A DNA stretch of 64,000 nucleotides from Bacteroidales bacterium (GTDB lineage: Bacteria > Bacteroidota > Bacteroidia > Bacteroidales > P3), in assembly GCA_017443265.1 (NCBI GenBank), contig JAFSOU010000015.1, positions 399-64,398 on the forward strand, in the 5' to 3' direction. This document shows positions 1 through 10,800 of this stretch, piece by piece. The stretch's first letter is position 1; each line of letters begins with the position of its first letter. The notes below the pieces were generated by a model. It was given only the letters and a program-made list of their open reading frames with translations. It was not told the origin of the DNA and did no database searches. The translations under genes and the position numbers were made by a program.

Positions 1-1077
1 AACTTTGTTCACAATATCGATAGATATTACTTTTTTATTTTCTATTGCAGACATCATTGTATTATAGAATGCCTTTTGAGCACCCGACATATTATCCAAT
101 TCTTTTTCTGAGATTTCATCATTTTTGCGAACCACTCCATTATTTAATATAAATAACTCACTTGAAAAATCGAAAAAACTATTAATAATTTTAATAAATG
201 AATTAATATCTTCCAATTCCCCAGTAAGTACTAACTCCATCCCCGTAGGGTCAATAAATTTCACAGGATTATTCGCACAATACGCATAAGGCGTAAACGT
301 CGGATACTTTTCAAATAAGGGGTCACGGGAAGTAAACGTAGGCGGTGCATAATACCTCGCTTCGTAGTAGTACATTCCAGTTTCTTCATCTAATTCCTTG
401 GCATTAAAGCTGTACTTAGGCAACACCGAAGAACCAAAACTATTGTTATATTCATTCGTAATCTCCCCAAACGGAGCATACAAAAAACCTTGCACAACAC
501 TCCTGTTTTCATCCGTTACGTAGCACGTACTTCCCAGATGGTTCGGGTGGTAATAATAGACAGAGGAAGTATTTGGCATTAAGTTGGTTAAACCTACCTG
601 CGGTAACTCAAACACCGGTTTCGGGTCATCAGGATTTTGTTCCTCACCAACGGGAAGGAAGTTGTAGCCAGTAATATCAACTATATTGCGGCGTATATTA
701 GTGTCAAGTTGGTCTTTTCTATCCTGTAGCTCTGGGTCGTTTACATTCATAGAAATATTTTGGTCTCCAAGCCTACTTGCTATGCGCTCCATGCCGTTGT
801 AGTAGTGTTTGGTGTAGTAGCCGTCTTGGTTGAAGTTCAGGTAGCTATTGGGGTAGAACATGGCGTTGTGCAGGTTAAAGTTTACGCTTTCCAAACGGCC
901 GTTCACCCAGTTGGGGTTTAGGTCAAAGCTGTATTTGTAAGTTCTTGTTGTGCCTCCATCGTAGCCATACAAGGAGTAGAACAGCCTGTCGTAGCTGTAC
1001 ATACGCAGGTTGCCGTCCGCACCAAAGCGGTAGAGTTCTTCGGAGGGGGTGGGGGATGAGGTCGGGAGCAGGGACAT
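1..1077 (-). CDS. Orphan Rhs C-terminal module. An Rhs core-end fragment (241..1077) is fused to a different AT-rich toxin tip (1..240), and the 3' end lies outside the window.
   Basis: I translated the minus strand from the ATG at 1077..1075: MSLLPTSSPTPSEELYRFGADGNLRMYSYDRLFYSLYGYDGG...YYYHPNHLGSTCYVTDEN...YAPFGEITNE...YCANNPVKFIDPTG/MELVLTGELEDINSFIKIINSF... The frame stays open to position 1 (359 codons). Residues 11-279 align without gaps to the last 269 core residues of the large Rhs, and similarity stops right after DPTG. It is absent from the ORF track because no stop codon falls inside the window. Confidence 0.85.
   Translation of the reverse strand, partial: MSLLPTSSPTPSEELYRFGADGNLRMYSYDRLFYSLYGYDGGTTRTYKYSFDLNPNWVNGRLESVNFNLHNAMFYPNSYLNFNQDGYYTKHYYNGMERIASRLGDQNISMNVNDPELQDRKDQLDTNIRRNIVDITGYNFLPVGEEQNPDDPKPVFELPQVGLTNLMPNTSSVYYYHPNHLGSTCYVTDENRSVVQGFLYAPFGEITNEYNNSFGSSVLPKYSFNAKELDEETGMYYYEARYYAPPTFTSRDPLFEKYPTFTPYAYCANNPVKFIDPTGMELVLTGELEDINSFIKIINSFFDFSSELFILNNGVVRKNDEISEKELDNMSGAQKAFYNTMMSAIENKKVISIDIVNKV
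241..1047 (-). repeat. Diverged direct repeat (807 nt) of the rhs core 3' end. Its partner is 2463..3269.
   Basis: Codon-for-codon colinear with 2463..3269. Long identical runs occur, for example ttcacaggattattcgcacaatacgcataagg. Identity is roughly 80% by eye and was not computed. Confidence 0.85.
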
Positions 1078-1101
1078 CTTACAAGTTATTGTAATAGAAT
1101 A

Positions 1102-1842
1102 TTAGTTGTCTTCTTTGTGTATGGTTTTTAATGGGATAAGGTATTTCACATATAAATCTCCATCATTTATTATGGGAGGATCTGTAGTCACAAAAGTCAA
1201 TAAATTGCGCCATCTTCTGTTCATTATTACAAGCAGAAATTCGTTTGTACCTTTGTATATATTGTAAAAAAAGCATTCTCTTACTCTTGTATCTTCCGAA
1301 CCATGTCTTCTGATTTTGATGACATCTTCCCAAGATGTGTCTATAGCAGGCATAGGGACATGGGAATAATTTTCCCAAGTGGGATAATCTAACATCGTAT
1401 AATCAAGTCTTTTTTTTATCTCATCGCTACATCTTGGATAGATATATTTCATAATGTTATTATATCGGTTCTCTATCAGAAAATAGTCTTTTTTACAGAC
1501 AAGAGATTTGATTTCATCAATTGACATTGAACGACTTATCGGAATATTGCAACTTCGGGTGTAAATTGTCCCGGTAGAATATTGAATTTTTGATTTAATT
1601 TTGATTAATCCATGACGTTTATTTGTCTTACGCGAATTCCAATACAAAAGATAGTGATAATAAGGGACTTCGTACCAGCGAGTGAATGAAGCCAAAGAGT
1701 CCAATTTAACAATTCCCAAGACAATACAGTCTATGTCGTAATTGCCTATGCTGTCAGTTTTTCTAAGCCTTTCGTTTGACTGGGCATGTATGCCATTATA
1801 TATCAATATCAAACAGATGATTACAATTATTTTTTTACCCAT
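1102..1842 (-). CDS. Candidate cognate immunity protein for the Rhs toxin tip (246 aa, N-terminal signal-peptide-like segment, no family recognised)
   Basis: The ORF starts 16 nt before the rhs stop (ATG at 1842..1840, rhs stop at 1827..1829). It is AT-rich like the toxin tip. The N-terminus MGKKIIVIICLILIYNGIHAQ is hydrophobic with an AxA-like end. The position immediately 3' of a polymorphic toxin tip fits an immunity gene. Confidence 0.6.
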   Translation of the reverse strand: MGKKIIVIICLILIYNGIHAQSNERLRKTDSIGNYDIDCIVLGIVKLDSLASFTRWYEVPYYHYLLYWNSRKTNKRHGLIKIKSKIQYSTGTIYTRSCNIPISRSMSIDEIKSLVCKKDYFLIENRYNNIMKYIYPRCSDEIKKRLDYTMLDYPTWENYSHVPMPAIDTSWEDVIKIRRHGSEDTRVRECFFYNIYKGTNEFLLVIMNRRWRNLLTFVTTDPPIINDGDLYVKYLIPLKTIHKEDN

Positions 1843-4800
1843 GGCCAGGTTATATTATTTTTTATTGTTCCGTTGTGTAATTTAGAAGGTATTTTTTTCA
1901 TTGGTTTATCTTTCCATGTTTTTTCAAAATCTTCAATTAATACTAGTTCTCCTCCATATGAAATGCCGGAAGAGATACGGGTTGGACATCCTGCTGTTGA
2001 AAAAATTAGAGCAATATAATCTTTTGAAATCCATTTTCCATCACCACCCGTTTCCATTAAACCATCCGTCCAGTGTTGAATACCAAGTGTATGCCCAATT
2101 TCATGTGCCATTGTTCTAATACCAGCAGTCGCTCTCAGACGAATTATATTACCATTTTCAGTTTCTCCTCTTGCTTTATCATCTCCAACATAAGTTCTCC
2201 CTTCATAATAATTAGCCATGCCCGACTTGTCATTTTCAAATGCTTTTTTTGCATCTTCTCGTACTTCTATTTGCAAATCAAACTTAATGGTATATTCTTG
2301 TTTTTCTTTACCTTCTCCAATAACATACTTATAACACCCAGATTCACTATTCCAAAAATGTATTCCTTTTTTTAAATCATCAGCATTCTCCTTCGATGTA
2401 TAGTATTTCGCTCTGAATGTTATAGTTTTATTTTCATCATCCACAACTGGTTCGAAATCTTCCCCCGTCGGATCCACGTACTTCACAGGATTATTCGCAC
2501 AATACGCATAAGGTGAGAAAGTTGGGTACCGCTCAAAGTGAGGATCACGTGAAATAAACACCGGCGGAGCCATGTATCGTGCCTCATAGTAGTACATTCC
2601 CGTCTCCTCATCCAACTCCTTGGCGTTAAAGGAGTACTTGGGCAACACAGAAGAACCAAAACTGCTATTATGCTCGTTAGTTATCTCTCCAAAGGGAGCG
2701 TACAAAAATCCCTGTTGTACTATAGCATTCTCATCCGTAACATAACAAGTGCTTCCCAAATGGTTGGGGTGGTAATAATAGACAGAGGAAGTGTTTGGTA
2801 TTAAGTTAGTTAAACCAATCTGTGGCAGTTCAAAAATCGGTTTCGGGTCTTCGTGGTTCTGCTCCTCGCCGGGTTCTAAAAATTCATATCCCGTTATTTC
2901 CACAATGTTTTTCCGTATTAAACTATCTTGCCACTCTTTACGGCTTTGCAGGTCGGGGTCGTTTACATTTATAGGCAGGTTCTGGTCGCCCAAGCGTGAG
3001 GCTATACGTTCCATTCCGTTGTAGTAGTGTTTTGTGTAGTAGCCGTTGCTATTAAAGTTCAAATAGCTGTTGGGGTAGAACATGGCATTATGTAGGTTAA
3101 AATTCACTGCCTCAAGTCTGCCGTTCACCCAGTTTGGAGACAAATCCATGCTGTACTTGTAGGTGCGAGTGGTGCCTCCGTCGTATCCGTACAGGGAGTA
3201 GAAAAGCCTGTCGTAGCTGTACAGCCGCAGGTTGCCGTCCGCGCCAAAGCGGTAGAGTTCTTCAGAGGGCTGTGCGTTGGGTATAGTTGTCTCCCTGCGC
3301 TGCAGGCTGCCGCCAATGCCGTACTGCTCGTTCACGTTGGTGCCGTCGGCATAGCTTATGTTGTTTGGGGCAAAGGTGGTCTGCCCTTCGTTAAGGCTGC
3401 CGTAACTGTAATAGCGTGTCTGGCTGGTGGTTGTGTTGCTGTTCAGGTCTGTCTGCTGCAGGCCGTACTCCTGTATCTTGCCCCAGTCGCCGTAGGTTAC
3501 GCTCAGGGCGTAGGTCTGCGGGTTGGCGGCGCTTACCAGCTGGTTTGTGCTGTCGTAGCTGAATGTCTCGGTAAAGGTCTGCCCCGCCAGCCACGGGTAG
3601 CTGCTCACGGCCTGCGTTATGTTGCCCGCGGGGTCGTAGCTGTAGGCTGTGTGGGAGAGCTGGCTGTTGCCGCTAAGGGTGGTTATGCCCGTCAGTCGGC
3701 AGTTCTGCGGGTGGTAGGCGTACTGCATCTTCAGGCCGTTGCCGTATTTGCGGCTTGTAACCGCACCAAACTTATCATAAAGTACACTATCTAAATAATT
3801 GTACATTGTTAATTGTACATTGTACATTCTAAACAACTGTCCGCCGCGGTCGTAGTCGTAGCTCACCGTCTCGCCGTCGGGGTAGGTTATGGAGGTGGTG
3901 CGTCCCCAGCTGTCGTATTCGTACTGCGTGGTAAGGGCAAGGTCGGTGGCAAGGAAAGGCAGCGCGTAGGTGCGGGTCTCGCTTTTCACCTCGCCCATGT
4001 TGCCGTAAGTGTAGTCCATGCGGCCGCTCTCGTCAAACACGGTCTCCACGCGTCCGGCGTAGTCGTAGCTATATACCGTGGGCAGTGTGCTGTCGCTGTA
4101 TATAACGCTGTCCAAGCGGTTGGCTATGTAGCGGCGGGTTATGGTCTTCTGCTTGGGCTGGCCGTTCTCCTGCCATTTATGCGTCTCGGTGGCAGGGTTC
4201 AGTCCGTCGTAGGTGTAGAGGGTCTCGAGGTGTCCCTCGCCGTAGCTTAACCGGCGGCCCAGCCAGTCGTACTCGTATGCGCGGCTCCAGTCGCCGTTGT
4301 TGGAGCTATATACCGCCAACAGGTCGCCCACGGGGCTGTAGTCGCAGTATAGCCACGGCTGTCCTGCGGCCTTGGCGGCCCATTGTCTGCCGTCGGCGTC
4401 CTTCAGCGTTGTGGAGGTGTGGCCGTTGGGGTCGGTAACGGCGGTGCGGAACAGCGTTTTGTTAAGGTGGCTGCCGCTGAAACCGTAGGCTGTGCGTGTG
4501 GTGCTGCCGTCGGGTGCTGTCTGCACCAGCGGTCTGTCGAGCACGTCGTAGGTCGCTGTGGACGGTGTTATCGCGTCCACGGCAAAGGCAAAGCGTGTGC
4601 TGTCGCGGTGCGCCTCGGTGGGGTGGTAGGTGGCCACGGCCCTGCCGAGGCCGTCAAATACGGTGTGCCCGCTCACCACTAATTTCTCCACGCCCTGCAC
4701 CTCGGCTTCAACGCGGGTCTGCACCGCGCGCCCGAGGCCGTCGCAGTAGGTGTGGGTCTTTATGGGGTTGGCGGGGTGCTGCGGGTCGTAGTTCTCCGTG

Positions 4801-7800
4801 GTGGCCGAGGACACGTTGCGTGCCGTCTCCTTGCCGCGGTAGGTGTAGCGTATGGTGTATGGCGCGCCGTCGGCTATCTCCTTGGGGCCGCGTATCGTCA
4901 GGGGGCGTCCCCAGCTGTCGAGGGTGTACTCCATGCTGTTGCCGGCGCGGTCGGTAACCGTCAGCGGCACGCCGTAGCGCAGGTCGTAGTTCTGCATCTG
5001 CGAGCTTGTGCCGAAAGTGTCCGTAACGCTCTCGGGATAGGTGTGGACGTCGCCGTCGTAGGTGTAATGCACGGCGGTGTTGGGGCCGCGCACATCGGTG
5101 ATATTGCCGTAAATGTCGAACACATAACGGGTTGCGAGGGTGTTCTGCCCGTCGTAGTCCATTATTGCGGTGTAGTGTCCCAATGTGTCTATATCTGTGG
5201 TTCTCAGTCGCATACCTTGTATTTCCACACGTTGTACTTTATTAACGATGTGGTTGCCGTTATATTGCGGGTGGTACGCAATTTCCACTTCCACCGTCGG
5301 CTGGTCGGTGCTGCCGTGGCGTTGCAGCACCACGTTTCCGTTGCCGAAATCGTAGTCTGTCTCCTGCCACTTCACTATGCCCGCCGTGGGCTGTCCTTCG
5401 TAATAGCATGTCTGCGAGCGTGTTATGTACGGAAATACCCTTTCGGCGTCGCCAATCACGTCAAGAGTTTCTTGTTGCAGGGTGTTGGCGGTCTGCACAT
5501 ACAGCAGTCCCCTCGAGTTTCGCAAAAAGCTGGCCACAGGTATGCCCTTGGTATGTATGTCGCTGTTGCTGAAATACTTGTCGGCGGTACTGTGCACGGT
5601 GTCGCCGTTCCAGCGGGTTTCCGTCACCTTGGCGAACCCGAGGAAGGCTTTCTCGTCGCGGTCGTAGTATCCGTGGCTGTAGCTGTAGGTGGTGCGCAGG
5701 GTGTCGCGCCCGTCGCCGGGCAGGCCGTCGCATATCTTCAGCTCTCTCGCCACCCAGCGGCGCTGGTGATATACCGTTGGGGCCGTAAGCTCGTAGTCGG
5801 CGTATATGGTGCCGCCCAAGGGGTTGGTGATGCTTTTCAGCAGACCGGTGCGTCCCATGCGCGAGTAGCGCACCGCTATCTCCGTGCCGCTCTCCGATTT
5901 CAGCAGGTCGGCCACGCCGTCGCCGTCCATGTCGCTTATCTGCAGTTTTTCGTTGCTCAGGCTCATGGAGGCCTTGAGGCCCGCGCTGCCGCCCGCTTTA
6001 AGTAGCCAGAACGACCATCCGCCTGTGCCTTCTATATTTGTCGAGGCGCTGGTGGAGGTGCCGTATTCCGCAAGGTTGGCCAGTATGTCGGGTGTGCGCC
6101 ATGCCGTCCATCCCGCGGCGAAGGCGCTGCCGGTGTTGCGGCGGTATTGTATCTCGCCGTCGGCGAAATTCCTCCTCACAAGGTCGGGCAGGCCGTCGCC
6201 GTCCATGTCCTGCAGGAACACCGTCTGCGTGTTGCTGGCCGTGGTTACGCCCACGCCTCCGCTTATGGCGTTGTTCCAAATGCTGAAAGTGCCCGAGGCG
6301 CTTGCCGAGAGGCTCAGCGAGGCGCTCACCGTATCCAACCCTGGCCATTGCTGCTGCGGCAGGAAACCGTAGCCGGTGCCGAGGCGCACGGTGCCGTCGG
6401 AGCATACTATGTCGGGCAGTCCGTCGCCGTTGAGGTCGGCAAGGGTTCTGTAGGTGCTGTCGGAGGCTTTGCTCGCGCCGGGGCTTAGCACAAAGTCCCT
6501 GCCACGTCCCGAGGAGGTGGTCTGTTTGGAGGTGTTCAAAAACTGTCCTGGCAGCACTACGGATCGGCTATTGCCCGTCCCGCTGTAGGGGTGCCCGCCG
6601 CCGAAGGGCCGGTACGCCGCGCTTTCGTAGCTTAATATATGGTAGGGCTTGGTGTAATATACTCCGCCGCCGTCTATTATGTCGGGACGGCCGTCGCCGT
6701 TGAGGTCCGTAACGTCGCGCTCCATCCATGTCCTGCCGTTGCCGGCGGAATACAGGGCCACGGTGTACGAGAAATTCTTGCTCTTGCTTATCTTGTCCAG
6801 TTTGCCTCCTCCGGCCGCCGTCGCGCGGCTGCCAGTGGAGCCTCCGGATGTGCGGTATGCGCGGTCGCCTCCGCCGGAGCTCTGGCCGCAGGGTATGGTG
6901 TTGCCCGCCACATTGGGCAGCAGGGTGTCCGTCATCACTCCGAGGCTTATCGCGGGTCCGCTCACGTAGGCGTTGGGGTATATGCCCTCCATGCGGCGGC
7001 GCTCGCCGTTGCCTGTCAGCGGCATGCAGCCGAACAGCGAGAGCACGTCCCCTACGGTGCCTGTCGTGGTGGTGTCCGACAGCTGTTTCAGGTAGTTGCT
7101 GTCCGTAAGGTTGCCGTAATAGGTGTTCAGGTCGGTTGCACTGCTAGGCATATTGCTTATACTGAACAACTTGGCAAGATTTATCTTGATACTGTCGTCG
7201 TGGCGGTACTGCACAGCGTGCCAGCCGCCGAAACCGTGGCCGAAGGGCAGCGAGGCCGTGCTGAGGTGGTATTTGGGGCTCCCGGCCCTGTAGCAGCGGT
7301 AGTTAGGCACTATGTGGTATTCCAGCGTCTTTATGGTGTCCACAACACCTCCCGCAAGGGTGTCGAAATACATCGTGGTCACCGTCCCGCCGCCGGCGGT
7401 GAGGGTCTTGTAATAAAGGTAGGGATGCCACTGGTTGTCTTTCCATACGGTGGAGGTGTCGCCTATGGCGTCGAAAATCAGGCTGTCTTCCTCGGCAAGG
7501 GTTATCACGGTGTCCCACACGGGGCTGCTGCCGGGAGTCAGTGTCCGCATCAGCGTGTTGTTGCGGCGTATCTCCAGCCGCACCGCGCTGGCGAAATCCG
7601 CCGCCGCGGTAGGCACTCGGAGCGCCGCCTGTCCGTTGCCGGGCGACACGAACCTGCCGCCGCCCATGGCGAAACCGGCCACCTCGCTGCGCTGCCCGTG
7701 GGTGGGGTAGCGATAGGGGTGGAACACCTGCACCCGAGGGTTCCAGTGCAGCTCGCGGCTCACATCACGGCCGCCTTTGCTGCGGGCGCGGAACAGCAGC

Positions 7801-10800
7801 ATGCCCTCGCCGTAATCGGGAGGCTCCGTGCCTACGCACTGCTCCAGAATCCTTTCTATGTACTCGCGGCTGAGGTAGCCGTTGTCGGGGTCTGTCAGGT
7901 CGCCGCGCCACAGTGTGTCGGTACCTGTAAGGGTGTCGATGGCTATGAGCACATGCACGGGCGAGCCTGTGCCCTTGGGCATATAGGTTTGGCCGTAGTA
8001 CTCCACGCTGAGCACCACGGTGTCGGGACGCTCCTCGGCATTGCGCACAAGGCCGCCCAGCCACGCCTTGGCGTCGATGGACAGTATGGTGGTGTGGGGG
8101 ATGTCCTCGCTCTCCCATATCCTTATTATGTCGTAATGGGGCGATTCCTCATCTATGGAGCTCTCCGCGTCGGGTATCTCGTCGAGGCCGAGGGGCTCCA
8201 CGCAGGGATATTTGGGGGTGGCGTCGGGGGTTACAGTGGGCGTGCCGCAGCCGCCGGGCATGGTCATGCTCGGGGCATTGTAGCGGCCTCCGAGACGGCT
8301 TATACGGCTGTCGTCCACTATGTCGGGCAGTCCGTCGCCGTCCATGTCGCTCAGATAGGTGCCTGTGGTGGTGGTGGTGGTGCTCCAGCTTACGCCGCCG
8401 CTGATGCCCGCCACATTCAGAACGGGACCGTGGCTGACGCTCACACGGCTGTCCCTCAGATAGTTGCCGGCACCGCTTATCGGCGACGGGGTAAGGAAGG
8501 CTCCGTTCTGCTGACGCTGCCAGTGCAGTCCGCCGTTAATCACCAAAAGGCGGTCGGGAAGGCCGTCGCCGTCCACGTCGCAAAGGGTGCTGCTACCGTA
8601 GCCAAGGCCGTAGTCGGCGCCAAGGCTGTACGACACGCTGTTTATCTTCGACGAGGTGTTGGCGCCCACACCGGCATACACTCCGGCGTCGCCGCCGAAA
8701 CTGAGGCTCGCATTGCCGCCTATCACCGTCCTCGTGCCCAGAACGCCCGACAACGAGCGCTCTATGGGCTTGCGCAGCTTGCCGTGGGCGCCGCCCAGAA
8801 GTCCGCCCAAACCGTAGTCGGCTGTGGTCATGGTGGTCGTGGCCGTGCCCAGAAGGCTGTCGGCATCTATCTCACGGTAGTATTCTATGTCGTGGTCGCG
8901 GCTGCCGTCGCTGTAGTCGCGCCCCCACTGGCGTATCTTCCTCAGCTGGGCCATGCCGTGGATGTCCTCGCCGTAGCAGAAACTGTAGCTCCGCACCATC
9001 TCGTCGCCGTAATAGACAAGGATGCGCCGCAGCTTGTCGCGCTGGCTCTGCAGATGGCCGCTGCGGGCCTCGTTGCGGTCGGTCTTGGGATACTCCCTGT
9101 CGCAGTCGCAGAGATCCATGCCGAGATAGAAATCAGGAACTTCCTTGCCGCCTATATATATGTTCTCTATGCTGTCGGCGTTTATGCTTCCGCTGCCTCC
9201 GCCGCACAGGTCGTTCTCTATTTCAAGGTGCAGGGTGTTGACCCCTGCCGTCTCGTTCTTTATCATGACGCCGGTGGGACCTTGGTCTGTTACCACAGGC
9301 TCGCATTCGTTCGGGAGGCCGGTGCTTTCAAAGTGGAACTCGTATCCCTTGAAGGGGGCGCACACATGTGCCGAATGCAGCTCGTTTATCGTTATGGTGG
9401 AGCCGCACTCCACCGTCGGCAGCTGCAGGCTGATGACGCCGGCGCCGTCGGTGGTCGGCGTGTGGGTGCCCGAGGCGGTAACTATCTCGAAGGGTATCCC
9501 CGCGAGGGGGCGGCCGGTGCCGGCCTCGGTCTTTATTATGTTTATCTGAACGGGGGAGCACTCGCATTTCACGCACGGGTGGTCCTTCAATATCAGCGTC
9601 AGACCGTTGCCTTGTATGTATGTCTTCTCCAACACGTCGGCAAAGTCTCCCTGGCTTATTATCTCTGCCGTGCACGGCTCGTAAGGCTCGTCCTTGTGCA
9701 TCCTGAACTGGAAATTGTGAAGACTGTCGCAGTACCCGTTTACAGACTGCTCGTTCACCGTTATCACCTCGTCGCAAAGGACTCCATTCAATATGGCGTT
9801 TATCTTTCCGTCAGCGCCGGTGATGTAGGTGTGGGTGCCGCCGCCGTATGTTACGCGGAACTCCACGCCGGGCATCGGCGTCTTGTCAGTGGCATCGTAT
9901 TTCTCTATGTTGAGCTCCACGTTGGGACACTCGCACTTGTCGCACTCGTCGTTATAAATCTCTATGATTATGTGGTGGTCGGTGGCCTGGATGCTCTTTA
10001 TCTTGCCGGGGTCGCTGCCGGTGTCCAGCACTTGGGGCGTTGTGCTGCCGCTCGGCATGCGAAGGGTTATTTTGTCCACCATGTTGCAGTATCCTGGTGC
10101 CGAAATTTCGCGTATCACAATGGTGTCGCCCTGCTGTATGCACACGTCCCACGACGCCTCTCCGGATGCGTCGGTGGTCGCGGGCCATACGCCGTGGACG
10201 CCACGCAGGTCCGACAGCTCGAAAACGGCTCCCGGGATGAGGTTCCCGCTCCGTTTGTCGTATTTCAACACCTCCACAAGCAAATCCATGCAGGTGCCGG
10301 GGGGCGACAGAGGGTCGCAAAGATTGGCGCTTACCGCAACGGATCGACCGGAGCGGCTCCTGCCGGACGCTCCTCGACCGCCGCCTTCGCCGCTGCCTCC
10401 GGACAAGTCTGTGCCGGTACCGCCAGCCGCATCGCGGCACGGGTTGGCTGTGCTCCCGAAAAAGACGTTGTACACTCCTCTCTCGCCTGTACGGCTGTTG
10501 CCGGTGTATTCTATGCTCTCCAGCCACAGCTGACGGCCCAGGTACACTCCGCCAGCGTCGTACTGACGGCGCTTGTTGTAGTGGTAACTTATGTAGTTGC
10601 CGTCGGCGTCCTCAACACGGCACAGCGGCCAGTGGCTTATGTTGCCGCCGGCGTCGCGCATAAGCACGGTGTCTGCCAGGGCATAACCGGCGTAGGTGCC
10701 GTAATAGTATTTGGTGCCGCCTTTGTCGGTTACTATCCAATAATAGTTCTGGGGGCTTGTGCCGTGGCGCTCTATCTTGTCGTAGCTGCTCTCCGTCCTG

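Noticed and set aside
1163-2375. Small ORFs nested in or antisense to the immunity gene and toxin tip (1163..1378 on the minus strand; 1786..2019, 1901..2119 and 2073..2375 on the plus strand)
   Set aside because: They sit in AT-rich DNA where short ORFs arise by chance, and they overlap better-supported genes. They have no motifs or plausible start context.
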